DNA from: Octopus vulgaris | Lineage: Eukaryota | Direction of reading: 5' to 3' | DNA length: 64,000 nt | Assembly (NCBI GenBank): GCA_951406725.2 | Contig: OX597839.1 | Location: 24,366,001 to 24,430,000 of the forward strand | Shown here: positions 25,334 through 37,831 of the stretch, piece by piece | How the letters are laid out: every line of letters begins with the position of its first letter | Position numbering within the stretch: position 1 is the stretch's first letter | The notes under the pieces: model-generated | Databases searched by the model: none | The model's input: the letters and a program-made list of their open reading frames with translations, nothing else | Told to the model about the DNA's origin: nothing | Position numbers and translations under genes: made by a program

Positions 25334-25790
25334 GGCGGTGAGCTGGCAGAATCATTAGCATGCCAGGCAAAATGCTTAGTGGTATTTTGTGCGTCCTTAC
25401 ATTCTAAGTTCAAATGCTGCCGAGGTCAACTTAGCCTTTCATCCTTTTAGGATTGATGAAATAACTACCAGTTACACGTTGGGGGTCGATGTAATTGACT
25501 TGCCCCCCACCCTTTAAATTTCAGGCCTTGTACCTCCTAGAGTAGAAAGGATTATTATTGTTGTTATTATTATTATTATTATTAAGGTGGTAAGCTGGTA
25601 GACTCGTTAGTATGCCAGGTGAGATTCTGAGCAGTATTCCGTCCGTCTTTACATTCTGAGTTCAAATTCCACCAAGGTTGACTTAGCCTGTCATCCTTTT
25701 GAGGTTGATAAAATAAGTACCAGCTGAACACTGGAGTCAATGCAATTTGAATCACCTGTTACCCTTCTGGCAAAATTTAAAACCATTATT
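25334..25790 (+). mobile_element. Two SINE family B copies in tandem separated by (ATT)n
   Basis: ggcggtgagctggcagaatc head; central domain twice. Confidence 0.85.
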
Positions 25791-27276
25791 ATTATTACTA
25801 CTACTACTACTACCTCCGCCTCCACTACGGCAGAGGTACATTGATGGATTTGAGGATTTTGCTTAATCTGGAGTTGATTTCTTCATTTCATTGGAGTATA
25901 AAGACCTATAATGGTGATACTTAGAAGAAAAAAAAAACTTATCTGCACACAGGATATGTATCACAGACACACACATTTAACCAAATACACCCTACCTCAT
26001 GCCTGTTACAAAGTAGACACACTTCTCTTTTCAACTCCACCTCATAGGACAGCATTCTCCTACTTGGGTTTCATCTTACCCCAAGCCTCATCCCAAATAG
26101 GTAAGCAAGCTACTTACCACACAGCCACTCCTGCGCCTATATGCGCGCACACACATATATAAAAATCTCCTTAAACTTGAAACTCTCAGATAAGTGCTAC
26201 CTTTACCAGAACTGGAATCTTAATGACGGCCAGTTACACAATATCAAGGTATGGTATAGTATATATACAACAAAAACCACCATAAACCAAGAACACCTAA
26301 ACAAGTTCAAACCTGCAAGAACTAGAATTTCTGGCCATAAGAAGGGCACCTAGCTGTAAAAACTGTGCCAAACAGACTTTGTTGATGCTGGAACCACGTA
26401 AGAAACACCCGGTGCACTCTGTAAGTGGTTGGTGTTAGGAAGGGCATCCAGCTTTAAAAAAAAGGGCATGCTGAAACAGTGGGGACTGGTGCAGTTGTCT
26501 GGCTTGCCAGTTCCTGTCAAACCACTCCACTTGTGCCAGCATGGAAAACAGACTGTTAAATGACGATGATGGTGGTGTGCACATGCCTTCTCTCTCAATT
26601 ACATGTGTGTGTGTGTGTGTGTGTTTAGATTTACTGTCAAAAGCCGGTGTTGTGTCCCATTTTTTTTTTACATGAAAAGCAGTAACTTAGCAGTTCCATG
26701 ATGAAGGATCGATAAAAATAAGCAGTGAACTGGAACAAATATGCAACAAAGGTCGATACGATTGAATGAAAAAAAAAGCCTTTGAATGCTATGTTTAACA
26801 CAGCATGGCTTACAGTACGACAACATTAACCAAAAAAAAAAGCAATTAAAACAATATTATTATTATTATTATTATTGCTAGTTGTTGTTGTTGTTGTTAT
26901 TGCTGATCTTGTTATGCCAGAGTTTTGTAAGGAAGAAAGGGCTGCAGGGCTGTTGGTGAATGTCTGAATCACTTAAACAGTGTGATATTGAAATAAAATA
27001 AACATCTCTACCTATTTTCATTGTTGATCTTTACAAACTACACCCATACGCACGTATACACACACACACACACACACACACATGCGTGTGCACGCACACA
27101 ATGGAGAGCCAGCTTTGCTCCACACAAGCTTTACAAAACGGTTATTTCTACATTCAGCTATCGGTTTATTTAGAAACAGATCGTTACACAGTGAAATTCT
27201 GTTTGCCTTTGCTGTGTTTATATATTTATTTCATAACTTTCTTTCCCCTCACCAATATGGAAGAGCTAGAGTTATT

Positions 27277-27279
<3 letters not shown>

Positions 27280-27307
<28 letters not shown>

Positions 27308-27383
27308 CATACTTTGTCTACTAAGTATATATTTATATATGTATGTATATATATATATATACATACATATATACATACACATA

Positions 27384-27457
<74 letters not shown>

Positions 27458-27536
27458 CATACATATATATATACATACATATATACATACATATACATAC
27501 ATATATATATATACATATACATACATATACATACAT

Positions 27537-27580
<44 letters not shown>

Positions 27581-27695
27581 CTTTTCACTGTCTTTCCCAT
27601 CTCTTTCTTCCCATCTTTTATATAAAATCCCGACAAAATTATTGTCTGTCCATGTGATGTCCCCATCACATATGCCCCTGTGGCTAATAAAAAAT

Positions 27696-27727
<32 letters not shown>

Positions 27728-27745
27728 ATCATCATCATCATCATC
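27280..27745. repeat. (CAT)n, (TACA/TA)n and (TAT)n microsatellites
   Basis: Directly visible. Confidence 0.9.
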
Positions 27746-28066
27746 ACTGCTATTATTCTTATTGTTTTTAGTCAATATTCGAGACAGTTTGAAAGGGTGG
27801 AAATCATAAAAATAAATCAACATTTTTCTGGCATGCTGCTGTTTCTTTTTAAGGCTGTAAAAATCCAACATGGTTTATTGTTGTCTCCAAAATGTTTTTA
27901 TTATTTTTACCATTTTTAGCATTATTACTACTGACATATTTTATTATTACTAGTAGTAGTAGTAGTAGTAGTATCGTATTATCATCATTGTTACTATTAC
28001 TATCACTATGATATTACTGCTATTGTTGGTATCATCATCATTATTATTATTATTACTACTACTACT

Positions 28067-28300
28067 TCCTATTTCTTTACTACCCACAAGGGGCTAAACA
28101 CAGAGGAGACACACAAGGACAGACAAAGGGGTTAAGTCGATTATATCGACCCCAGTCCGTAACTGGTACCTAATTTATCGACCCCGAAAGGATGAAAGGC
28201 AAAGTCGACCTCGGCGGAATTTGAACTCACAACGTAACGGCAGACGAAATACTGTTAAGCATTTCGCCCGGCGTGCTAACGTTTCTGCCAGCTCGCCGCC
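28067..28300 (-). mobile_element. SINE family B, young full-length
   Basis: Close match to copies at 45319 and 55905. Confidence 0.9.
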
Positions 28301-28310
28301 TTTTTTATTA

Positions 28311-28677
28311 TTTACCTCCACCTTAGTGAAGGCGGAGGTATTGTTTTCAGTTGTGTTTGTTTGTTTGTCCATGGACAAGATATCTCAAGAACCGCTGGAT
28401 GGATTAGGATGAAACTTCCAGGGATGTTTGGCCCCGTAACTGGCACAAACTGATTAGATTTTGGGATCGATCCTGTATCAGACAAGGAATCTGGATTACT
28501 TATCCTGTTTTTTTTTTACTTAATTATTGAGAGTGGCCGGATTCATTTTCAGTATTCTCGTTTGTGAGAGCAGTCGGGTTTATTCCAGATATTCTCATTT
28601 TAAAAATCATCTCTGACTAATCATTGAGAGGACGTTGGGGTTGCCTTGGCGGAGGTTTGCGCTCTCTGAGTGCTCTT
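28311..28677 (+). mobile_element. Helentron/DINE-1-like non-autonomous element
   Basis: 5' tttacctccacc...ggcggaggta subterminal inverted repeat, short (GTTT)n, 3' ggcggaggtttgcgctctctgagtgc subTIR plus hairpin; second copy at 53732-54092. Confidence 0.75.
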
Positions 28678-29339
28678 CTTATCATTATCATCATCATTAA
28701 TTCAGTAAAAGCTGAATCACCATTTTACCGTTTCTCATTTCTAATGCCAGACAAAGGATTCTTTGGTTTAGCTTATCTAAGCAGATTATCGCGATGAAGA
28801 GCTTCTCTCTCTCTCTTTCTCTCTCCCCCTCTCTCTCTGAGAAAAATCCAGGAAGATAGTCAGATGAATTTCTTCAAACAGGAAGCATTTATCTTTGGTT
28901 CAAGCAGTTTCAATCCACGTAAGCTTGCTTTAACTAAAGAAACAGTAATCAGATAAATATATTGTTTGTTCTATGGAACAGACCTTTGCAAATTGATGGA
29001 TATCATGGAAGATCTAATATAAAGAAAAAGTCAACCATTTTGAGGGGAGGGGCCTGGCAAGGGGTGCTATCTCCGCATTCAGACAACCCAACTGTTGTTT
29101 ATTGTTGTTGTTGGTGGTGGTGTTAGAAAATGGCGTTGATACACAGTGAGAAGATGCCTTCTTGAAAGCCAGCATATTCCACTGGTTCAAGTCCTCCTAG
29201 ATTTCTCTTGCCTTTTCTTTCTTTTTTCTTTTTCTTTTTACCTTTTATTTGTTTGCTTTTTGATGTACCATTTATCATCAGGGTGAAGTGGTGTCAACCG
29301 ATGGAAAACTCATTTATGGGTGGCCAATATGGGTGACTC

Positions 29340-29579
29340 AGAAGCAGCAGCAGCAGCAGGAGAGGAAGGAGGAGGACGGGAAAAGAAGGAGGAGGAGGGG
29401 GAGGAGAAAAAAGAAGAAAGAGGAGCAGAAGCAAGGAGAAAGAAGGTGAAGAAGAAAGAAGAGAAAAAGAGGAAGCAGAAAAAGGAAGTGGAGAAGAGGA
29501 GAAAAAAAGAGGGTAAGGGAGAAGAGTGTAACAAAGCAGCAGCAGCAGCAACAGTAGTAGTAGTAGTAGTAGTAGTAGT

Positions 29580-29611
<32 letters not shown>

Positions 29612-29625
29612 TAGTAGTAGTAGCT
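29340..29625. repeat. Purine-rich low-complexity tract with (GCA)n and (GTA)n
   Basis: Directly visible. Confidence 0.9.
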
Positions 29626-30269
29626 GCACAGAACAGCAATCAATTGTGGCTTCCGCAACCAACCTTATTGCAAGATCTCGTGTTAAAGTGAAACACTCCT
29701 CACAACACAGCTTCTTCTGTATCAAACTCGATTAACCCCCAAAGAACTCCATGCATCTCTGGAAGACCTTCTTAAGCTGCCCCACTCAAATATGAGAGTG
29801 TGACTCACACAGTCCCAACATCCAACAGGATGTAACATTGTGCTTCTGATTCGTTCCTCAGTCAAATGTTTATTCGACAACACCAACATCCTGTATCTCG
29901 AGTGGAGTCAGATTGTCTTTTTTTTTTTCTTTTTCCTTTTGTACAACAACTTCCCAGCTCACAAATATGCAACAGGACATCACAACATGCAATCAGGCCT
30001 GGCCATCAGATGTTGTCATACATCGCTGGTCACAATGCGCTTTGCATCGTTTTTAGCTTAGAACCGACACCACCCTGCCGGCGAGGCAAACAAGCCGACA
30101 TTCTCCCCCCGCCCCCGATCGGTAGGCAATTCCATCACAGGGCGACCTATTTACAGCTGAGTGGACTGGAACATCTTTGATCACAAGAGCTGCTTTCTCA
30201 AGTTCAGGTTAGTTTGGCACTGAATGACAGCCAACAAATCACAGCAACATGAAACAACTGTTCTTAAGG

Positions 30270-31385
30270 TACAAGGCCAGCAATTTCAGGAGGATTGTGG
30301 TTAGCGGATTACACCCACCCATCCACCCCCCGGCCAGTGTTCAACTGGTACTTAATTTCATCAAACCCAAAAGGATGAAGGGCAAAGCCAACCTTGGCAG
30401 ACTTCAAACTCAGAACACAGAGAAGAATGAAATGCCACGAAGCATTTTGTCCAGCAATGCCAAAGAGTCTGCCAGCTTGCAGTAGTAATAATAATAATGG
30501 TTTTCAAATTCTGGTACAAGGCTAGCTATTTCAAGGGGGCAGGATAAGTTGAACACCCTAGTGTTCAAATGGAACTTTATTTTATGAAAGGCAACGTAGA
30601 ACCTGGTCGCACTTGAACTCAGAACATAACAACCAGACGAAATGTTACTGGGCATTTTGTCTGGTGTGCTAATAATGATTTTGCTAGCTCACCACCTTAA
30701 CCCTTTAGTGTTCACATTATTCTGCCAAAGTTAATCCTTTTTTATCCACATTGTTTTGAACTAATCATTCATTAATCTTGTAGCTATGAGATTTTGATGA
30801 GATAGCTGTTAATTTTTAAAATGATATTGTAGGGTTGGTGTGAGAGACCAGATATGGCCAGTTTGAACATAAAAAAGGCAGAATACTTTTGGCCGGATAT
30901 GGCCAGTTTAAATGCTAAAGGGTTAAACAAGAGTAATAATAATAACAACAACAACAATCCTTTCTACTGTGGGAAGGCACAAGGGCTGAAATTTGGGGGA
31001 AGGGAATAAGTTGATTATTGACTCCAGTACTCAAACTGGTACTGAATTTACCGACCCCGAAAGAACAAAAGGCAAAGTTGACCTCGACAGAATTTGAACT
31101 CAGAACATCAAGACATACGAGATGTTGCTAAGCATTACGTCCAGCGTGCGATAATTCTGCCAGCCCACCGCCCTAATAATGATCCTTTGTACTAAAGGCA
31201 CAAGGCCTGAAATTTGGGGAGAGGGGACTAATCGATTACATTGAACCCCAGTCTCACTGGTACTTAATTTATTGTCTCTGAAAGGAAAAGTCAACCTCGA
31301 CGGAATTTGAACACAGAACACCAAGACAGACTAAGCGCCACTAAGCATTATGCCCAGAGCACTAACGATTCTGTCACACTCACCG
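30270..31385 (-). mobile_element. Chain of four degenerate SINE family B copies
   Basis: Four repeats of the B body separated by (AAT/AAC)n. Confidence 0.8.
30701..30922. mobile_element. piggyBac-like MITE family F, complete
   Basis: TTAA|CCCTTTAG ... CTAAAGGG|TTAA (TSD 30697-30700 and 30923-30926). Confidence 0.9.
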
Positions 31386-31732
31386 CAACAACAATAATAA
31401 TAATAATAATAATAATAACTTGGTTTATTTGCCACTAAAGCAACGAATAAGTGGTAGCAGATAAGACAGACAAACAGTACGGATTTAATTGAAAAATCAA
31501 ATAGGCGGGTGGTAATTAAATCCCCCCATAAAACAAAAACTAACGAGGAAGTAAATTTAATTGGACAATATTTACAAAATAAATAAAGGTGTAGTGGAGC
31601 GAAATTCACGGTAAGTGGTTCTCTAACGCAGCTTCAATTCCAGCTTAGCTAACGATATTGTCACCTGAGCAATGACATAAACACACCTACCTACATATAA
31701 ACATGTCACTTCGCTTGTGTGTCATAAACCCA

Positions 31733-31772
<40 letters not shown>

Positions 31773-32037
31773 TGTGTTAGTCACCTCGTTTATGTGAACA
31801 CACCTACCTACATAAAAGCATATGTTAAAGGTGAACATGCACAAGGTTGAGGTGAAGAACTTGTTTCAATCATTCCACAGAGCAGGTGGGTGACCGGTCA
31901 AAGTGAACTTCTAAGAGAAAACAGACACAAACATATATATTCAAACCTAAACACACACATGTATACATACATGTAAATAGACCTATATACACACATAGTT
32001 ATAAAACAATGTATACATACATATACAGAAAGATATA

Positions 32038-32436
32038 CTCTTTTACTTGTTTCAGTCATTTGACTGCGGCCATGCTGGAGCACCGCCTTTAGTCGAGCAA
32101 ATCGCCCCCGAGACTTATTCTTTGTAAGCCCAGTACTTATTCTATCGGTCTCTTTTGCCAAACCGCTAAGTGACGGGGACGTAAACACACCAGCATCAGT
32201 TGTCAAGCAATGCTAGGGGGACAAACACAGACACACAAACACACACATACATATATATATACATACATATATACGACAGGCTTCTTTCAGTTTCCGTCTA
32301 CCAAATCCACTCACAAGGCATTGGTCGGCCCGGGGCTATAGAAGAAGACGCTTGCCCAAGGTGCAATGCAGTGGGACTGAAACCGGAACCATGTGGTTGG
32401 TGAGCAAGCTACTTACCACACAGCCACTCCTGCGCC
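32038..32436 (-). mobile_element. SINE family A, young full-length
   Basis: Reverse complement of the consensus; flanked by a ~50-bp direct repeat. Confidence 0.9.
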
Positions 32437-32505
32437 TATCAGTCTCTATATACACATATAGTTATAAAACAATGTATACATATACAGAAAGATATATATA
32501 TATAT

Positions 32506-32612
32506 ACTTTATTATTAAAGCTGCAAAAACATCACAAAAATATCAAAGTTGTGGAACTCTACCTCCAGTAGTCAAATACTTTTTCCCTCACCTTGTTTCA
32601 CATTTATGTGCT

Positions 32613-32616
<4 letters not shown>
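32506..32616. mobile_element. Short insert in (TA)n with inverted internal junction (Penelope-like fragment?)
   Basis: Left part overlaps the end of the 46372-46456 insert in direct orientation; right part is the reverse complement of its start. Confidence 0.5.
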
Positions 32617-32651
<35 letters not shown>

Positions 32652-32653
<2 letters not shown>

Positions 32654-33059
32654 CACAGGAGTGGCTGTGTGGTAAGTAGCTTGTTTACCAACCACATGGT
32701 TCCGGGTTCAGTCCCACTGCGTGACATCTTGGGTAAGTGTCTTCTACTATAGCCTCGGGTCGACCAAAAGCCTTGTGAGTGGATTTGGTAGACGGAAACT
32801 GAAAGAAGCCCGTCATGTATATGTATATATGTGTGTGCGTGTATGTTTGTGTTTGTCCCCCTAGCATTGCTTGACAACCGATGCTGGTGTGTTTATGTCG
32901 CCGTCACTTAGTGGTTCGGCAAAAGAGACCGATAGAATAAGTACTGGGCTTACAAAAGAATAAGTCCCGGGGTCGAGTTGCTCGACTAAAGGTGGTGCTC
33001 CAGCATGGCCACAGTCAAATGACTGAAACAAGTAAAAGAGAAAGAGATACATATGTACA

Positions 33060-33099
<40 letters not shown>

Positions 33100-33690
33100 G
33101 TGTGTGTATAGGCACGTGTGGCTGTGTGCTAAGAAGTTTGCTTCCCAACCACATGGTTCCAGGTTCAGTCTCACTGCATGGCACCTTGGGCAAGTATCTT
33201 CTACTATGGCCTCAGGCAATCAAAACCTTTTGAGTGAATTTGGGAGATGGAAACTGAATGAAGCCTGGTGGGTTTGTGTGTGCGTGTGCATGCACCTTTA
33301 TTTCTGTTTGTCTTCTATAACCACTTGACAACTGATGTTGGTGTGTTTATGTCCCTGTAACTTAGCGATTCAGCAAAAGAGACCAATAGAATAAGGAGCA
33401 GGCTTAAAACAAAAATAAGTCAATTGGGAGTATTGAAATTCATGGTGGTGCCCCAGGATGGCTGCAATCTGATGACTGAAGCAAGATAAAATACACACAC
33501 ACACACCACATGGTTCTGGGTTCAGTCCCACTGCTTGGCACCTTAGGCAGTGTCTTCTACTATAGCCCCGGGTTGACCACTGGCTTGGTGAATAGGTTTG
33601 GTAGACACCCATCATATGTATTTAAGTGTGTCCGTCCTCCACCACCACTAACCTGCGTTGGTGTGTTTACATCCACATAACTTAGAGAAG
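32652..33690 (+). mobile_element. SINE family A full copy (32652-33045) followed by degenerate copies
   Basis: Family A motifs. Confidence 0.85.
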
Positions 33691-34094
33691 CTCACAGGAT
33701 GAACCCTGAAACCCCCATGGCTGGTAAGCATGCTAAACCACAGAGATATAGCTACATCTAAAATATTACACACACGTTGAGATTAGAAGTAATTATGCCA
33801 TCCCTATCTAAAAGGTGTAACGAGGCAAATGAAGTCACCACTAAAATTAGGCAGGGTGGAGGGAGGCCGGGGTATGAAAGGGGAGGGGTAGGAAATACAA
33901 ATTAAAATTTTATCGTTTAACATTTCCTGCAGTGTAATTTTTAATTAAAAATTACTCTGAGCAAACTCAAATATTCTAGTGAGTTTACATCAATGTCTAA
34001 CGATGTGTGTGTGTATGTGTGTGTGTGTTTGCTTCTTTCTCTGTCTGCAAGCATGTACGAGTGGCTCCTCTCATCGTATTGTCATAGCTGTAAA

Positions 34095-34565
34095 GGAGTG
34101 TGTGTGTGTGTGTGTGTGTGAGAGAGAAAGAGTGTGAATGTGAGAAAGTGTGTGAGAGAGAGAGTGTGCGAGAGAGAGGGAGAGAGTGCAAGAGAGAGGG
34201 AGAGTGAGAGAGTGCAAGGGAGAGTGAGAGAGTGCAAGAGATAGTGTGTGTGTGTGCGAGAGAGTGTGTATAAGTGTGTGTGTGTGTGTGTGTGAGAAAG
34301 AGTGTGAATGTGAGAAAGTGTGAGAGAGAGAGAGAGAGTGCGAGAGAGAGTGTGTGTGCGCGAGAGAGTGTGTATAAGTGTGTATGAGACAGAGTGTGTG
34401 CATGTGTGAGACAGAGTGTGTGCATGTGTGAGACAGAGTGTGTGCATGTGTGAGACAGAGTGTGTGCATGTGTGAGAGTGTGTGTGCATGTGTGTGTGAG
34501 AGTGTGTGTGCGTGTGTGAGAGAAAGTGTGTACTTTTGCTGTCCGCGAGCATGTATACAGAGTGG

Positions 34566-34601
<36 letters not shown>

Positions 34602-34726
34602 GTATTCTCATAGCTATTAGGGAAAGTGAAATATAATGTGTATGTGTGTGCGTACATACATACATGTGTATGTGTGTGTGTGTATTTGAGTGGCTCTCCT
34701 AACCTTCTCATAGTTGTTAGTGAAAT

Positions 34727-34757
<31 letters not shown>

Positions 34758-34961
34758 TAAAAGCAGAGAAGCTATGGATCGTGAAAGATGTGTTGGTGGG
34801 GAAGGTGATGGAAGAGGAAAGAGAGAGCAAGAGAGAATGGGAGGGAGGGAGAGAGAGAGAGAGAGAGAGAGCAAGAAGTAGACAGACAGACAGACAGACA
34901 GAAAGCAAGGAAAAGGAAACAAATTCTTTGACTGCAATAGTGTTTCAGATATGTGTGTCTG

Positions 34962-34999
<38 letters not shown>

Positions 35000-35009
35000 T
35001 TTGTTTATG

Positions 35010-35044
<35 letters not shown>

Positions 35045-35301
35045 CTTTGTTCATGTGTGTGTGGATACATGTGTGTATTTGTGCTTTGTTAGCCATGTGT
35101 AGCAATTGACAAAAAAAGAGAAAGAGAGAGACTCACACACCGAGTGAGAGTGAGTGAGAGAGAGAGAGTCAGAGAGAGTCAGAGAGAGTATGAGAGAGAG
35201 AGAGAGAGAGAGAGAGAGCAAGAGAAAGACAAACATAGAGAGAGTGACAATAAGATGGGAAAGAGATGAGATAGCTGTTACTCCATAAAACCTCTAGTCA
35301 G

Positions 35302-35338
<37 letters not shown>

Positions 35339-35390
35339 GCTCACACACACACACACATGCTCACACTTACACACACACACACACGCGCGC
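34095..35390. repeat. (GA)n/(GT)n compound microsatellites and 22-bp minisatellite (gagacagagtgtgtgcatgtgt)
   Basis: Directly visible. Confidence 0.85.
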
Positions 35391-35969
35391 GGATCTACAA
35401 GACATACTAATTAGCAAAGCTGAGAGATTCGCTAATTGCTGGCTTCAAACATCTGACTGCTTGAAATTGATTCCACAACCTCAAGTGACCAATGAATGCT
35501 AATGGACAAAGTTAGCAACAATAGCTCCACCGGTTGCAACAACAGCAAAAAAAACTACCTCTACCACCCACATGCAAACATGGCCCATGGGGCCAAAAAG
35601 CTGGTTTCCTAACCGTCCGGTCCTCGGTTCAATTCTCCTGCACTGCACAACACTTTTGGCCAAGTGTCTTCTATCACAGTTTCAAACCCAGTTGTGTCCA
35701 TATATTCTTTTAATTGGTTTCAGTCATTTGAAAGTGGCCATGCTAGAACATCGCCTTTAGTCGAACAAATCGACCCCTGGACTTACTCCTTGTAAGCAGA
35801 GTTCTTATCCTATCAGTCCCTTTTACATGCAAGTATGCGTTTATGTGCATGTGTATGGGTATGTATATGCGTGTATGAGGTTGTCAGATGAGTGTGTGCA
35901 AGTGCATGTGTGTGTGTGTGTATGTATGAAACTATTACGTGCATCTGTATTGTGTGTTTAGTGTGTATA

Positions 35970-36383
35970 GGCGCAGGAGTGGCTGTGTGGTAAGTAGCTT
36001 GCTAACCAACCACATGGTTCCGGGTTCAGTCCCACTGCGTGGCACCTTGGGCAGGTGTCTTCTGCTATAGCTCCGGGCCGACCAATGCCTTGTGAGTGGA
36101 TTTGTTAGACGGAAACTGAAAGAAGCCTGTCGTATATATGTATATATATATACATATATATGTGTATGTGTGTGTGTTTGTGTGTCTGTTTGTCCCCCTA
36201 GCATTGCTTGACAACCGATGCTGGTGTGTTTACATCCCCGTCACTTAGCGGTTCGGCAAAAGAGACCGAGAGAATAAGTACTGGGCTTACAAAGAATAAG
36301 TCCCGGGGTCGATTTGCTCGACTAAAGGCGGTGCTCCAGCATGGCCGCAGTCAAATGACTGAAACAAGTAAAAGAGTAAAGAG
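35970..36383 (+). mobile_element. SINE family A, young full-length
   Basis: Complete head, internal microsatellite and tail. Confidence 0.95.
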
Positions 36384-36407
36384 TATGAGTACATGTTTGT
36401 GTGTGTG

Positions 36408-36616
36408 TATGGCGCTGGGAAGTTCCTGGCTTTGAGTAAAAGAAAATACAGGAGAATCAGTTACGATTTTAGTCAACATATTCCTCTCTCAGATTCACAC
36501 ACTTATTACAGGAGTCCTTCAGGTTTTCTAAGCCCTGTAGAAAAACTCGGAAGGTTGGGCCTCCAACCAAACCCTTTGCAATACTCTTAAAGTTAGAAAC
36601 TTTTCAGCAGCCCCTA
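36408..36616. mobile_element. Tc1/mariner-type MITE
   Basis: Imperfect TIR ggcgctgggaagttcctggcttt / aaagttagaaacttttcagcagcccc with TA-rich flanks; homologous to 22033-22245. Confidence 0.6.
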
Positions 36617-36695
36617 ATATATATATATATATTTGCAGGAGTGGCTGTGTCGTAAGAAGCTTGCTTCCCAACCACATGGTTCCAGGTGCGGAAGT

Positions 36696-36840
36696 AATAG
36701 CTTGTCCTGTACTTTTCCAGGTGCAATAACTTGTCCTGTACTTTTCCAGGTGTAATAACTTGTCCTATACTTTTCCAGGTGCAATAACTTGTCCTATACT
36801 TTTCCAGGTGCAATAACTTGTCCTGTACTTTTCCAGGTTT
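36696..36840. repeat. 5 x 29-bp tandem repeat (aataacttgtcctgtacttttccaggtgc)
   Basis: Five contiguous units with 1-2 substitutions each, no spacers. Confidence 0.95.
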
Positions 36841-37323
36841 ATAATCTTAAGAATATTACTTTTCATGCTCGCATTTTTCCATGTAATCGATGGATGGATA
36901 GACAGGTGGGTAGGTAGGTAGGTAGGTAGAGAGATATATAAGTAGATAGTTACATACGTAAGTAGATGTATGTATATATATATATATATATATATAGGTA
37001 GATAGATGGAGATAGGCAGATACATAGGTAAGTAGAAAGATAGATACATACATGGAGATATACATAGATATGCATACACACATGTATAAATGTGTGTGTG
37101 TGTGTGTGTGTGTGTGTGGTACACAACTGAAGGAAAAAAAAACTAAATGCCCAGATAAAAAAATTGGTATCATTCCACAGATTTTTTTATGGCCATTCTA
37201 GTGATACAGTTTCTTTTCATCCTTCTTCCATTAAGCCCCAACATACCAAACTCCCTCCCCCACCATCTCCACTTCCACCACCAACCAGTACCAAATTCTT
37301 CACTGAAAGCTGTTTAGCACTCT

Positions 37324-37360
<37 letters not shown>

Positions 37361-37409
37361 AAAGTTTATCTGATGGTAATATCATTATATCTTACTCCCT
37401 GTCTCTCAT

Positions 37410-37474
<65 letters not shown>

Positions 37475-37491
37475 CGCATGCATGTTTAGTC

Positions 37492-37831
37492 AGGCATGGC
37501 TGTGTGGTAAGAAGCTTGCTTCCCAACCACATGGTTCCAGGTTCAGTCCCATTGCGTGACACCTTGAGCAAAGTGCCTTCTATAGCCCTAGGCTGACCAG
37601 ACCCCTTGAATCAATTTGGTAGACAGAATCTGAAAGGAGCCGGTTATCTAAGTATGTGTCTGCCTGCACCACCTCTCAACAACCTGTTGGTTTGTTTATA
37701 GCCGGATAACCTAGCAGCTTGACAAAAGGGAATGATAGAAAAAGTACCATTCTTTGAAGCCAAAGTACTACAGTTGATTGATTTGACTAAAACCATTCAA
37801 TTTGGTGCCCCAGCATGGCAGCGGTCGATGA
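37492..37831 (+). mobile_element. Degenerate SINE family A whose tail is interrupted by a LINE
   Basis: Head aggcatggctgtgtggtaagaag; tail resumes actgaaagataagag at ~38214. Confidence 0.75.

Noticed and set aside
29320-29691. Lys/Glu-rich 123-aa ORF
   Set aside because: Purine-rich low complexity plus trinucleotide repeats; open in several frames on both strands; no splice or domain evidence.
36696-36840. CRISPR-like 29-bp repeats
   Set aside because: Repeats are contiguous with no unique spacers, there are no cas genes, and the context is eukaryotic.
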